The notes under the pieces were generated by a model, which saw only the letters and a program-made list of their open reading frames with translations, searched no databases and was not told the DNA's origin. From Squalus acanthias (Eukaryota), in assembly GCA_030390025.1 (NCBI GenBank), contig CM059436.1, positions 44,020,001 through 44,084,000 on the forward strand: a DNA stretch of 64,000 bases, given 5' to 3'. This document shows, piece after piece, positions 13,360 to 27,066 of the stretch; positions within the stretch are counted from its first letter, which is position 1, and each line of letters opens with the position of its first letter. The position numbers and the translations under genes are program-made.

Positions 13360-13921
13360 GTTGTGTATAGGCCCCCAGGTCGCAGCTGTGAAGTGCTAGA
13401 TTGTATAAATGCAGAGATTAGACAAGCGTGTAGCAAAGGCAGAGTGGTTTTAATGGGGGATTTTAACTTTCATATAGATTGGGATAAGCAGACTAGCACC
13501 TGTCAGAAAGGTAGTGAATTTCTTGAGTGTGTCCAGGATAGTTTTTTACAACAATATGTCCTAGAGGCAACAAGGGGGCATGCCACATTAGATTTAGTAA
13601 TGAGTAATGAGCCAGATTTAGTTAACAGCCTAACTGTGCATGAACATTTATCCAATAGCGATCATAACATGATCGAGTTCAACGTAGCATTTGAAAGGGA
13701 GAAACACGAAACAGCTACTAAGATTCTAGATTTGGGTAAGGCCGACTTGAAGGAAATGGCGGACATGTTGAATAATTACTTTGCGTCAGTATTTACAGTA
13801 GAGGAAGAGGATAGCATGCCAGAAATCCCAAGTAAACTAATATTAAATCAGGGACAGGGACTCAATAAAATTAACGTAAGTAAAATAACAGTAATGAAGA
13901 AAATAATGGCACTAAAGAGTG
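13360..13921 (+). mobile_element. CR1 endonuclease region, continuing after the Penelope insertion
   Basis: VYRPP...MGDFNF...LDLVMSN...SDHNMIEF. Confidence 0.9.
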
Positions 13922-14866
13922 AGGCGTGAGGTCATCGAGCCGGAGGCTTCTCTGCGGCAGCAGCCGGTGATGTCATGGAGCTGGGAGTGGGGTTGCTGCT
14001 ATGGTGGGAAATTTAAAGCAACAGCATCCAGGAGGGTTGGCAAACCTAGCATCACTAAACCTCAAAAAACAAGCAAGAGACCAAAAAAAAAGCATAGTAA
14101 AGCTAAATGATGACCCGCAATTATTTACACATTCACAGACATCACTTTTATGGGCCTTGATGACAGTTCCAGAAGTTGTGGCAAGGGTATGCTCGAAGCA
14201 GTTGTGTTCAATTATGTTTGCCAAGGTTTCTTCTTCTAGAGTCTTAGATATGGCCGAGTCTGGAAAATGTTCAGTATCAGCTGAACCAGATGGGACACTG
14301 AGGTAGTGCAACAGATTCGGGTAACAAAAAGAAACAGATTTTCAATTCTATATTTTTTTCCCCCAAAAAATCCTTTAAGGTAGACAGTACTGTGGACAAG
14401 AAAAGGAGGTCTTCACAAAGCTTCACAATTTGATTTCATGATATATTTCCCTGTCATTCAAATTTTATCTAATAAGATACAGGCAGGAAATAATCACATA
14501 TGAATAATAGTTGTTCCTAGCTATTAAAACAATTACAATCCATGAACATGAAAAAACCCAGAAACTTCTTGGGGAAATCGTTAAATAATGATTTTAATTA
14601 TCTTTATATACAGCTTGCACCCCAACTGTCACATCACTGCCTTGAGCAAAGGAGCAGGGAACAGCAGACGCCTGAGATTTCATTTGTACTTTTCTTTTGG
14701 CTTTCGGCTAGGTAGAAGTTATTTTCATCCCTGTGTCTCGACCTTTTTTTGGTGCTTTTTCCCTGTTACAGAAGGTGGCAAATTACATTCTAGGTTGTGC
14801 ATGAAGCTTGTAAATTTTGTACTCATTTATATCATTATGGTGTCAAGCTAAATAAGTTTACACTAG

Positions 14867-15613
14867 AGGGTAGAAATTGGTTTAAAGCCTGTTTTCAGGT
14901 GAAGAATGGGCACTATACTTGGAGTGCACACCTGATAACGTAGATCCAACTAAGGCCCCAAGTTGATTGCCTGCCTCTCTTCCGTGGCTATGTTCGCGCC
15001 CGGGTGGCCCTGAAGATGGAGCACACTTGAGGCCTTCCGCGACCGGTAGGCGCCGCGGGGACTGGAGTGCATCATCACCCCGGCCAATGCAGTTTTAATT
15101 TAATTTGTTAAGTATTATTTAAAGTTTATTAATTTACAGTTGATTTGTTAACTATCCTATTTAAAAGAGGAAAGCCCCAAGTTGATCCCCTGATTAATTA
15201 AAACAAATTAGGAGGTTTGTCAGCGTTACTGTTCATTGGCAGCTCACCTAAAAGGGGGGGGGGGGCCATGGGGAGGTGTCAATAATGCACTTTGCTGAGG
15301 CCATTTAAAGGCAGCCTGCAACTCTTAAAGAGGAGTGCACTTTGGCTGCAGACAAATATAACTGAAGGCTGTGGACAATGGCAGGGACAGGGGAATCTGC
15401 AAGCCCTGCCTCCTGTTTTTCTGATACTGCGTTGAAGGTATTAGTGAAAGTGCTCAGCAGGAGGAGGGGCATCTTCTATCCATCAAGTGGCTGGAAAATA
15501 TCAAGGGAAAGCATTTCGGGCGCACTTCCTGCACTATTCCGGCACGGAATGTCATGCCGCAGAATTCAACTTCACAGCGCCATTTTGGCAAAATGCATAC
15601 TAATTTCCACCCC
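14867..15613. mobile_element. Non-autonomous DNA transposon (Harbinger-like MITE) interrupted by a Tx1 fragment
   Basis: Termini AGGGTAGAAATT / AATTTCCACCCC, flanked by TAG on both sides. Confidence 0.55.
14968..15170 (+). mobile_element. Short Tx1-like LINE 3' end with 16-bp TSD
   Basis: Homologous to 8712-8935 and ends in TAAAAGAGG. TSD AAGGCCCCAAGTTGAT (14952-14967) / AAAGCCCCAAGTTGAT (15171-15186). Confidence 0.85.
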
Positions 15614-15835
15614 TAGATTTTCATATGGAGCAAGCCCTTGTGGTTAGTTATAAGTTATATAATTGATTGATTTACTATTGCAAGATTTTGCTTCAATTTT
15701 TTGTTACGTATTTGTTAAACTTTGTAAATAACTAGTTCATAACAACCTTGAGTGTCCTTTTCTTATGTAATGATGTACTTTCACACATTTTAAATGAAAT
15801 TACCTCAGGTAAGTATTTCTACCATCTATTTAAAG

Positions 15836-16306
15836 CAGTGGTTCTCAAACTTTCTTGGTTGAAGGACCCCTTTTCAAATGGATTAGTAATCCAATTATAA
15901 TACTATATAATACTCATAATATGAAAGTGCTGCATGTAAAGAGTGTTTTAATAATGCTTTTAAGAAAACAGGTATTTACTTACAGATATCAGTGAGATGG
16001 GTATACCTGCTTCTCACTGCAGAGTCTGTCTAGCCTTGACACTACCATCGATCAACTTTTTGGCGCCCACCACCAGCCTTGGTAACTGCAGTTCTACCTG
16101 GCGATCTTCGTGCCGCTTGAGTCAAGAGTAAGCGAATGAGCGGCAGCCGGAGGCGGGCTTGGTGCGAGCCAGGAGGCGGGAGGGGAGTGCAGCTGCCACA
16201 TGTCCCGTAAGGCCGGCCCTGCTCGGTACTCACATTATTTCGCGGACCCCCTGGAAAGTCTCTATGGATCCCCAGGGGTTTGCAGACCCCAATTTGAGAA
16301 TCACTG
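15836..16306 (-). mobile_element. hAT (Charlie/Buster-like) non-autonomous element
   Basis: TIR CAGTGGTTCTCAAA / TTTGAGAATCACTG; 8-bp TSD ATTTAAAG / GTTTAAAG. A minus-strand remnant, VSRLDRLCSEKQVYPSH*, resembles Buster-type transposase C-termini. Confidence 0.85.
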
Positions 16307-16817
16307 GTTTAAAGAACTGCTTACTTATCTCGGGTTACCTCCCTGAAAAAATTTGGTATTCAACTGGTCCTTGTTAATCATGTTAGCATCACGGGCAGCT
16401 GCCTATGTCAGGCACAAGGAGCTAACCATTTGCCATTTCCATTGAAGTCAATTACAAAGGCGCTGCTTATAACACATTAAGTGCATCAGCTCTTTCAGGC
16501 ATATAGGAAGTGGAAGCTTTATCATCTTAATGTTCACAAGTTGCTACCAACCTTTCTTAATGATTTTGAATTGATTAACACTATAATATAGACAAGCAAT
16601 ACGTATTAAATTACACCAATATGTTGTAGCAGCAAACTGAGTCCGCAGGAACTATAGGGAGAATCACAATGATTCTGAGATGGAGACCCGGAAAAATCCA
16701 CTATTTTGCTTTTTGTATACATCGCGCAGCAGTTTTACCATCCACTTCTTATATCGAGCAAATCGCATTAACACCAATGTGCCCGCTATAAGCGGTGGGA
16801 TCTGCAATGTTATCATA

Positions 16818-17610
16818 ACAACAACTTGCATTTATATAGTGCCTTTAACGTAGCAAAATGTCCCAAGGCTCCTCACAGAAGCATAAGGAAAAATTGGACC
16901 TTGAGCCAAAGGAGAAGGATGACCAAAAACTTGATCAAGGAGGTGGGTTTTAAAGAAATGAGGAGGAGTTTTCGGGTTTGGGGGGTGTTAGATTGTAGCA
17001 TCGGAGATAATTACAGAGATGGGGAGGGTCAAGGCCGTGAAGGGATTCAAACGCAAGGATTTGAGTCATTGGGAGACCAGGAGTCAAAGTACCTCGGTGA
17101 GGACATGGGTACTGTGCGAGGGGGCCTTGGTGCAGGATAGGATACATACATCAGATTTTTGAATGAGCTGAAGTTTACGGATGGTGGAGAATGGAAGGCT
17201 AACCAGGAAAGCATTCGAACATTTGAGTCTGAAAGTGACAAAGACTTGGATGAGGGTTTCAGCAGTAGACGAGCTGAAGTAGGGGCACAGCTGGGCAATG
17301 ATACAGAGGTGATGGAGAGCATATGGGGTTGTAATCTTAGCTCAGGTTCGAACAGGACACTAAAATTGTGAACATTCTAGTTCAGCCTGAGGCAGTGGTT
17401 GGCAAGGTGGATGGAGTTAATGGCGAGTGTACAAAATTTGTGGCAGGGGCCAAAGACGATGGCTTCCATCTTCCCAATGTTTAACTGGAAGACATTGTGG
17501 CTCATCCAAAACTGGATGTGGGATAAACAGTCTGACAGCACAGAAGCGGCCGAGAGAGGTAGATCTGGGTATCATCAGCATACATGTTGAAGCTGATCAT
17601 GGATGATGTA
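16818..17610 (-). mobile_element. Degenerate L2 3' fragment
   Basis: L2 tail AACAACTTGCATTTATATAG and similarity to 18263-19105. Confidence 0.75.
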
Positions 17611-18262
17611 GTTGAGGAAGTGCAGAGGATAAGTGGTAGGAGTGAGATTTTTGATCACAGGAGAGACCCAGATTGTAAACCCTGTTCAATATGTATTTCT
17701 AATTTTATTTCTAAAAGTGACATGAATCAAAATATGCATTCTTAAACTAAAGAGAGTTAAAGTCACTTCCATGAACCATCAACATTGGAGACACTTTATG
17801 ATTAAGATTTTATGTTGAAGAAAAATCAAAATGCAGGCCAGTATAGTAATTTTTAAGTTTCAACTATCTGAAATATTTTCTGCCATCAGACAAAGAACTA
17901 GTTGGAAGTGGCTGCAAATTGCATTTGGATTTAGAATTACTGCTTGGTGGACATTGATGCAAAATTAGAATGTCTGCTGGACCAGGAGGGGGTTCTGTAT
18001 TTTAAGGTTTATGACCTAGAAAACCAGTTCAAATGGAGCAACGTTAGAATCTTCAAAGTTGTGGAAGGGCCTATAAACAGACTGGTGTTTCCTTTGTGTG
18101 TAAGTTTTTTTTTTCAGACTTTGACCAGTAACCACTAATTTGAAGTACTCATTACCCACTATGATTTGTTTTACCTTCTTTCAAGCATTGGGCCGATTCT
18201 GGATGAAGTTAGAAAAATGGCAGATTCTTGGCAAGAGAAGCAGATCTCGTACCAGAACTATT

Positions 18263-19105
18263 TAACAATAACAACAACTTGTATTTATATAGCGCCTTTA
18301 ACATAATAAAACAATCCCAAGGCGCTTCACAGGAGTGTCATAAAACGAAATTTGACACCGAGCCACATAAGGAGAAATTAGGGCAGATGACCAAAAGCTT
18401 GGTCAAAGAGGTACGTTTTAAAGAGCATCTTAAAAGAGGAAAGAGAGGTGGAGAGGTTTAGGCAGGGAATTCCAGAGCTTAGGGCCTAGCCAACAGAAGG
18501 CACGGCCACCAATGGTTGAGTGATTATGATCAGGGATGCTCAAGAGGCCAGAATTAGGGAGCGCAGATATCTCGGGGGTTTGCGGGGCTGGAGGAGATTA
18601 CAGAGAAAGGGAGGGGTGAGGCCATGGAGGGATTTGGAAACAAGGATGAGAATTTTGAAATCGAGGCGTTGCTTAACCAGGAGCCAATGTAGGTCAGCGA
18701 GCACAGGGTGATGGGTGAACAGGACTTGGTGCAAGTTAGGACACAGGCAGCCGAGTTTTGGATGACCTCAAGTTTACGTAGGGCAGAACGTGGGAGGCCA
18801 GCCAGGAGTGCATTGGAATAGTCAAGTCTAGAGGTAACAAAGGCATGGATGAGGGTTTCAGCAGCAATTGAGCTGAGGCAGGGGCGGAGATGGGCGATGT
18901 TACAGAGGTGGAAATAGGCGGTCTTAGTTATGCTGCGGATATGTGGTCGGAAGCTCATTTCAGGGTCAAATATGACACCAAGTTTGCGAACTGTCTGTTT
19001 CATCTTCAAACAGATGCTAGGGAGAGGGCTGGAGTCAGTGGCTAGGGAACGGAGTTTGTGGCGGGGATGGAAGACAATGGCTTCAGTCTTTCCAATATTT
19101 AATTT
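18263..19105 (-). mobile_element. L2 LINE 3' fragment
   Basis: LNIGKTEAI...KTAYFHL...[17 protein letters not shown] and a (CAA)n tail. Confidence 0.9.
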
Positions 19106-20364
19106 AACCACCAACGTGAATCTGAAGAAAACATTCTGAGATTAATCAAGTACAAAGCACTGTACCTGATGTGATTGAAGTTGCGTCTTTTGCATGCCCA
19201 GACTTCTTTCCCTACTGCAGAAGTAATTGCAGTGTTTTCTATTCAGAAAAATATTATGACATTCCCTTCAGTGATCTACTCAATAAACCCTCAGAACCAG
19301 CAGCCCCCCACCTCCCAGTCACTTTAGGACAACACACCTTCTGCACAGACTCCGAATAAACAACTTGTCTAAAATGCTTTGGGTGGAGACAAGTTGGATT
19401 AGTTTTGACATGTAACTGTGGTAGCTAGCCTACATTACATTGTCTCATAAATACATGCAGCTACTACACTTGAACTTCCAAGACTCCCACCAACAGCATA
19501 AGCAGTGCTGCAGCTTGAGAAAAGAGCTCCTTCTGGCTGCCAGCCTTTTGTTCAAAATCTGCACCAGCACCAGTTTGCAAACCCAGCAAAATAGTGTGAA
19601 ATGGAAACACATGCAACAATGGGAAGTACTATGGATGAGCCCACGGCCACCATCGTGGCAAACGACCCTTCTCTCCCCAAAGATGCTCCCTTCTGCTCCC
19701 CTTCCCAGCTCTGGGAGAAGGAGAACTGAAGAAACCTTGCTTCTCTTCCCGTCCTGGTCAAACAGACCCAGGCTCTCCCCCTACTGAAGCTGCAGCAAGC
19801 TCAAGCTGTTCCCCATACCTTCTCTTTGCAACTGCCATTATAAATTGCTGTCTCCCCTCTAAGACCCTCAGTTTATTTAAAAAAGCACTTACAACAGAGG
19901 GCTCCCAAGAGGCAAGATCAGTGACATACCACTGAATGCAAAAGGATGGGGAAACATGACAATGCCGCCCCACAGTGGCTGCCATGTTTATCTAAATAAC
20001 AGTCACTGCACAATGTATTTCAATTATGTGTGAAGCGCTTTGGGATATTTTTGAGAAATATCTTAAGGAGCTATATAAGTGAAATTTCTTATTTTAAGTG
20101 GAGAAGATCTTAATCTCCCAATTGCAATGGATCTTTGATTTCCTGATAGAAGTCTCCAAGTACTAAATTGACCTGTTTGGGCTCTTAGTGTCAGCATCAA
20201 ACACTTCCAGGTCAGATATAGCATGATTAGTTGCCTCAACAACCACAGATAAGCACCTATTACTGCATCAGTATGACATTGTTATATTTCCAACACCATT
20301 TATCATGTGGCTTTTCTGAGTGAGAATATTAATCTAGTAGATTATTAATATTCTTCCAGTTAAG

Positions 20365-22340
20365 GGTAGTCACCCAATCTGCGTTTGGTCTCCCCAGTGT
20401 AGAGGAGACTGCATCGTGAGCAGCGAATACAGTATACTAAATTGCAAGAAGTACAAGTAAATCGTTGTTTCACCTGGAAGGAGTGTTTGGGGCCCTAGAC
20501 GTTGGGAAGGGAGGAGGTAAAAGGGCAGGTGTTGCATCTCCTGCGCTTGTACGGGAAGGTGCTGCGGGAAGGGGAGGGGGTGTTGGGGGTGCTTGAGGAG
20601 TGGACCAGGATGTCATGGAGGGAACGGTCCCTTTGGAATGCTGAAAGGGGAGGGGAAGGGAAGATGTGTTTGGTGGTGGGATCACGCTGGAGGTGGCTGA
20701 AATGGCGGTGGATGATCTGTTGAATGTGGAGGCTAGTGGGGTGGAAGGTAAGGACAAGGAGAACCCTATCGTGGTTCTGGGAGGGAGGGGAAGGGGTGAG
20801 AGCAGAAGTGCAGGAAATGGAACGGACACAGTCGAGGGCCCTGTCAACCACGGTAGAGGGGAATCTCGGTTGAGGAAAAAAGAAGACATATCAGAAGCAC
20901 TAGTATGGAAGATGACATCATCAGAGCAGTTGCGATGGAGGCGGAGAAACTGGGAGAATGGAATAGAGTCCTTACAAGAAGTGGGGTGGGAGGAAGGGTA
21001 GTGAAGGTAGCTGTGGGAGTCAGTGGGCTTACAGTGGATGTTGGTCGATAGCCTAGCCCCAGAAATGGAGACAGAGAAGTCGAGGAAGGGAAAAATCGGA
21101 GATGGACCATGTGAAGGCGAGGGAAGAGTGGAAATTGGAAGCAAAGTGAATTAAATTTTCCAGTTCAGGGTGAAAGCAGGAAACGGCACCGCTACAGTAA
21201 TCAATGTACCAGAAAAAGAGGTGAGGGAAGGGACTTGAGTAGGATTCAAGGAAAAAACGGAGTGCCCTCAGGCCGCCCTGGTGAGGGATGGAGGTGTAGA
21301 GGGATTGGACATCCATGGTGAAAAGGAGACGGTTGGGGCTAGGAAACGGGAAACTGTTAAAGTGGCGGAGGGCGCCAGAAGAGTCGCGGATATAGGTGGG
21401 AAGAGACTGGACAAGGGGAGAAAAATAGTGCCGAGATAGGAAGAAATCAGTTCTGTGGGCAAGAACAGGCTGAAACAATGGGTCTACCAGGGAAATCCTG
21501 TTTGTGGATCTTGGAAAAGAGGTAGAAGCAGGCTGTGCGGGGTTGGGGTCTATGAGGTTGGAGGCTGTGGAGGGAAGATCTCCAGAGGAGTTGAGGTCAG
21601 TGACTGTCTTGGAAATGATGGCTTGATGTTCGGTAGTGGGGTCATGGTCCAGGGGGAGGTAGAAGGAGGTGTCAGAGAGTTGGCATTCAGCTTCCGCACG
21701 GTAGAGGTTGGTTCACCAAACAACAACAGCACCACCCTTGTCAGCAGGTTTAATGACAATGTTAGGGTTGGATCTGAGAGAGCGGAGTGCTGCAAGTTCA
21801 GAGGGAGGTAATTTGGAGTGAGTGAGGGGAGCAGAGAAATTGAGGCAGCCAATGTCATGCCAGCAGTTTGCAATGAAAAGATCTAGAGCAGGTAAGAGGC
21901 CAGAGGGAGGGGTCCAGGTAGAATGAGAATTCTGAAAACGGGAGAAAGAGTCCGCTGTGTGGGGGGAAGACTCCTGGCCAAAGAAGTGGGCACGGAGGCG
22001 AAGGCAACGGAAAAAGAGCTCAGTGTCGTGCTGAGCTCGAAATTCATTGAGGTGGGGGCGTAAGGGGATGAAGCTCAGGCCTTTGCTGAGGACTGATTGT
22101 TCGGGGTCAGAGAGGGAAAGTCAGAGGGGATAGTGAAAACATGTCAGGGGGTGAGGTTGTAAGAAGGGACGGGGTCAGAGGAACGTGATGGGGAAGAAGG
22201 TTCTGGAGGGGCATTGGTAACCAAGAGTTGTTGAAGCTTGCGATCCTTGTCACCTGAAAGGAAGAAACAATATTTCTGTTAAAGCACCAGATGAGGCGAA
22301 GGATGAAATGGAACTGCGGACCAGGACAGCTTTGAGATAG
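20365..22340 (-). mobile_element. Degenerate Penelope-like element, same family as 11218-13359
   Basis: MDVQSLYTSIPH, KPTDSHSYL, RRCNTC and the start of GIY-YIG; carries an internal deletion near 21245. Confidence 0.88.
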
Positions 22341-23033
22341 AGTATTTCTGTGATATGTTTTGTTCAAGCTTTTCCAGACAATGTATAAATTTAAATGTTT
22401 CAAAAAGAACATTTTAAGTGTGCTTTCTGTTATGGTTTTGGGTTTTGTCTAACCTTCTTGCCCTAGATTATTATATCTTAGATCAGTCTAATTTCTGAGT
22501 CCCAACATCCCATATCTTTTGAGAGGGCCTTTTCTTGTCTTGATAGCTAGGCAAAGTTTCAGTCATCCATCCAAAAATTGAACAGCAAACCATGTCTGGC
22601 AATTTCTTTGGCCATATGTTATGCCTTCATTATGTGTCAGCTTAGCCCAGCGGTAGCACTCTGAGTCAGAAGGTTGTGAGTTCAAACCGCCCTGTAGAGC
22701 TTGAGTGCATAACCTATGTTGAAACTTCACCAAGATCTTGATTTTGAGTGAATCATCAGAGGAAGGCACAAATTGGAAATTATACAGTTTTCCACAGACA
22801 GAGGGAAAATTGTGACAAGAAGTCACTCTGGCACGTTTTGTACATCATTCTCCAATTAATTACAGAGTGCTATTGGCAAATTCCTGGAAACAAGTGGCCT
22901 TCCTGCTGTAGAATAGGGAATGTATAGTTGGAGTCCTGTCCAATTGACAAGAGGACTCCCAGACACAATCATGGCTGTCGAGCAGAGTAGCAATTTAGGT
23001 AAAATCAAGCAGAGTGTGTCAGGAAGGGACAGA

Positions 23034-23737
23034 AGCCTGCAAAATTCAGCTCATTTGCGCCTGCCGTTAGCGCCTCCGGGGGGGCAAAGGGCTTATCGCC
23101 CAGGCAGGGGCGTTAATAGCACCTCCCAAGAAATTCGGCGGGGTGCTACTGAGGCGCTAGCCAATAGCGGCGTGCTCCCCACTGGTAGCGCCCCTGGCTG
23201 CTGCACCACCGGCGAAGACGTCATCATCATGCGCCGCAACCCTTTAGCGCCCCGCCTCAACCCCTTAGCGCCCCTCAGCAGAAATTCGCGAGCCAGCCAA
23301 TCTCTGGTCGCAGGGCGCTAATTAAAGGGAGGTGTGGCCGCGACCTGCGCCACCATTTTATTTTTTTTGGCCAACCTCCAGGTTGGCCCTCTGTGGCGGC
23401 CCTTGGCATGGTCCGTGGCCGCCATCGCGCAGCCCGGCACCACGCCGCCCTGGTGGGCAAGTGTGGGCCATCGGAGGCCCTGCACAGCTCGCAGCGTCCC
23501 TCCCCTTTAACGGAAGGGGAGGGGCGCTGAAACGCGTCAGCCATACGTGGAGTGGCCGCATAGCGCTCCGGCGCGACGCACCCCCGACACCACCAAGAGA
23601 GGAAGTGGAGCCCTCCGCTTCCTCGCTGGGGCGGTAAGCCGAATTTAGCGGCCAGTGGTACTTCTGCGCCGGGCGCTAAATCTCTGGCGATAATTCGGTT
23701 ACCGCCCCTAAACAGGCCGTAACTGAATTTCGCCCCC
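23034..23737. mobile_element. GC/CpG-rich MITE-like element
   Basis: Imperfect termini ...AAATTCAG / CTGAATTTCGCCCCC and repeated TTAGCGCCCC motifs. Confidence 0.45.
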
Positions 23738-23769
23738 AGAGAGTTTAACCAAGATAATAGGGCATTAGT

Positions 23770-24416
23770 GACTAAGGTCACATTAATGGAAAATAGTAAA
23801 ATGTTAAAATTAAAGGTGCTAAGTCTGAATGCACAAAGCATTTGTAACAAGATAGATGAATTAATGACACAAATAGAGATAAATGGGTTTGATCTAGTAG
23901 CCATACTAAGACGTGATTTCATGCACACCAAGGTTGGGACTAAATATTCCAGGGTACTTTATTTTTAGAAAAGATAGGCAAAATGGAAAAGGACGGGGAG
24001 GGGTAGCTCTGATAATAAAGAATGACATAAAGACTGTGGTAAAAAAGGATCTTTGCCCAGAAAATCAGGATGTAGAATCAGTATGAGTGGAGCTAAGAAA
24101 TAGCAAAAGACAGAAAACACTGGTGGGAGTAGTTTATAGGCCTCCTAACAGTAGTTACAGTGTTGGACAAAGTATAAATCAGCAAATTAGATGAGCATGT
24201 AACAAAGATAATGCAATAATCATGGAGGACTTCAATCTTCATATAGACTGTGCAAACCAAATTGGCAAAAGTAGTTTGAAGGACGAGTTCATGGAATGCA
24301 TTCGAGACAGTTTTCTAGAACAATATGTTGAGGAACTAGGGAACAGGCTATTTTATATCTAGTATTGTGTAATGAGGCAGGATTAATTAGTAATCTTATA
24401 GTAAAGGATCCTCTGG
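23770..24416 (+). mobile_element. CR1 ORF2 5' part (endonuclease), continued at 30017
   Basis: LNAQSICNKIDEL, GVVYRPPNS and DFNLHID-like motifs; breaks at KDPL. Confidence 0.85.
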
Positions 24417-24605
24417 TGTTAGGTTTTGATAAACCCTTGATATCCAATGATTCGACGTTGACCCGTATTGGTGGCAGTGATTAAACTTTATTCAGCACAA
24501 GCGAGACTTGATACATTACAGTATCTGAGCAGTAGTTTTCAAGGTATAATTTAGAGTTATATTACCCCGTTTATGCCTTGGGTAGAAGCCACATGACAAA
24601 TGCCT

Positions 24606-26769
24606 GCACCCTCTGGCCCGAACCCCTGGCTCGTCCTCTGAGTGTCTCTCGAATTCCCTGAATTCTCTCGGAAGTCTTCCCCACCCTCACCACCGACAAC
24701 AAGTGTGAGGAGCTCATGGACAGCTTTGTCTCTAAGATTGAGACCATCCGTTCAGCTGCCTCTGCCACTTCTCTTCCTTCCCCTAGCCTACTGGGCTAAA
24801 CTTCCTCTAAGGTTCCCCCCTGCCCTAGCACTGAACTCACATCTTTTTCGAGTTTCTCTCCGATCTCCCCTCAAGACCTCTCCGCGCTTATCTTGTCCAT
24901 GAGACCCACTTCCTGCTCCCTCGACCCTATTCCCACCAAACTGCTGACCACCCAACTTCCTTTTATGGCTCCCATGTTAGCTGACATCGTTAACGGTTCG
25001 CCCTCCTCAGGTACTGTCCCCCTCTACCTCAAATCTGCCGTCATCACCCCTCTCCTCAAAAAACCAACCCTTGACCCCGCTGTCCTTGCAAACTACCGTC
25101 CCATCTCCAACCTCCCATTCCTCTCCAAAGTCCTTGAACGTGCTTTTGCCTCCCAAATCCGTGCCCATTTTTCCCGCAACTCCATGTTTGAATCCCTCCA
25201 ATCAGGTTTCCGCCCCTGCCACAGTACCGAAACAGCTCTCATCAAAGTCACAAATGACATCCTTTGTGACAAAGGTAAACTATCCCGCCTCGTCGTTATT
25301 AACTTGTCTGCAGCCTTTGACACTGTTGAACACTCCATCCTTCTCCAATGCCACTCCACCGTCGTCCAGACTCCTGGCTGGCCTCCCACGTACTACCTTA
25401 CATAAACTTGAGGTCATCCAAAACTCGGCTGCCCATGTCCTAATTCGCAACAAGTCGCGTTTACCCATCACCCCTGTGCTCGCTGACCTACATTGGCTCC
25501 CAGTTAAGCAACGCCTCGATTTCAAAATTCTCATCCTTGTTTTCAAATCCCTCCATGGCCTCACTCCTCCCGATCTCTGTAATCTTCTTCAGCCCCACAA
25601 ACCCCAAGATATCTGCGCTCCTCTAATTCTGGCCTCTTGAGCATCCCTGATTATAATCACTCAACCATTGGTGGCCGTGCCGTCTGTTGCCTAGGCCCTA
25701 AGCTCTGGAATTCCTTGCCTAAACCTCTCCGCCTCTTTCCTCCTTTAAGATGCTCCTTAAAACCTACCTCTTTGACCAAGCTTTTGGTCACCTGCCCTCA
25801 TTTTGCCTTATTTAGGAGTCACGCTCGATCGCACCCCGTTGTATAGACAGCATCTCCAGAAACTTGGGAAGAAACTAAAGAGTAGGGTCAACCTGATCCA
25901 GAAACTTGCCGGATCCACATGGGGAACAGACGCTCAAACCCTCCATATGGCAGCACTCACCCTGATGTACTCTACAGTGGAGTACTGCTCTCTGGCATGG
26001 CTATCAAGTCCGCATGTCAAATCCGTTGATGTCCAGCTGAATTCTACTATGAGAATTATCACCAATACACTTTTATCAACACCAACACCTTGGCTGCCCG
26101 TGCTTGCAAACATCGCACCACCACACCTACGCTGCAAATATGCAGTCTCCAGAGAATACAACTGCTACACCAGCAAAGACATGCCAATCCAGGCCAACTT
26201 GAACAACCTACCATCAAACCGTTTCAAATCTAGAAGGCCATTTTTGATCGTTGCCGAAGCCCTTCAGCAATCTCCCCTCAGCCTTGATGACTAATGTCGA
26301 AATGCTTCGAAGAACTGTGACATACGGAATGGATTCCTTATAGAGGACCCCACAGTACAACCTGAAGGATCAAACCTTATTCGGAAACAGTGGACAACCA
26401 TCAACCGCCTCAGAACTGGTCATGGTAGATGCTGCCACCTTCTCCATAGATGGAAGATTAAAGCATCCCCATCATGCAACTGTAGAGCTCCTAATCAGAC
26501 CCTGGAGCACGTCATTGAGCACTGCCCTCAGAGGAAATTTGCAGGCAGCCTACAAGATATCCACGCTGTTACACTGAAAGCTTTGGTCTGGATATCTGAC
26601 TTAGATACTGATATTTGATTTGCTTTGCTACTACCATACGAAAGAAGAAGAATATGTCTCCTTATGTGGCTCGGCGTCAAATGTTTTTTGTCTTATAATA
26701 CTCCTGTGAAGCGCCTTGGGACATTTTACTACGTTAAAGGCGCTATATAAATACAAGTTGTTGTTGTTG
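24606..26769 (+). mobile_element. L2 LINE (internally deleted), split by a Vingi-like insertion
   Basis: PTSCSLDPIPT, NYRPISNLPFLSKVLE, QSGFR, LSAAFDT; tail TAAAGGCGCTATATAAATACAAG(TTG)n. Confidence 0.9.
25799..26652 (+). mobile_element. Ingi/Vingi-like LINE 3' fragment
   Basis: YLGVTLDR...KLAGSTWG...ALTLMYSTVEYC...WLPVLANIAPP, then WTTINRLRTGHGRC and a C-x-C...H...C motif. Ends CCATACG(AAG)n. Family assignment is from memory of motifs. Confidence 0.7.
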
Positions 26770-27066
26770 TACACCTCCTGTCTGTTCGGGCCCCCTTCTT
26801 ATACTTTTTTCTATAATTGAAAACTATTGAATCTCACTAATTCAAACAGAGGCTTAAACCCATCATCTTATTGTCCAATTAAAGAAATGCCACGCACACA
26901 ATGTCCCTTTTTGCTCGAGTTTCAATCTCCGACATCACTTATTTTGACTGATGGGGCTGTTATCAGTCCAGCTATTGTAACACAAAGAAGCGTGTCTCCA
27001 CACTGAAGAGATTTGCTGTCCTTGATCACCTCCAAATTGATTAGGTTACCTGCCTATTTCTTGGTT

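Noticed and set aside
17944-18075. L1 ORF1-like remnant (VYDLENQFKWSNVRIF)
   Set aside because: Only a weak resemblance to the DLENRSRRNNIRI motif; too short and degenerate to support a call.
23034-23737. CpG island or gene with several ORFs
   Set aside because: Bounded by MITE-like termini with internal repeated motifs; the ORFs lack recognisable domains or exon structure.
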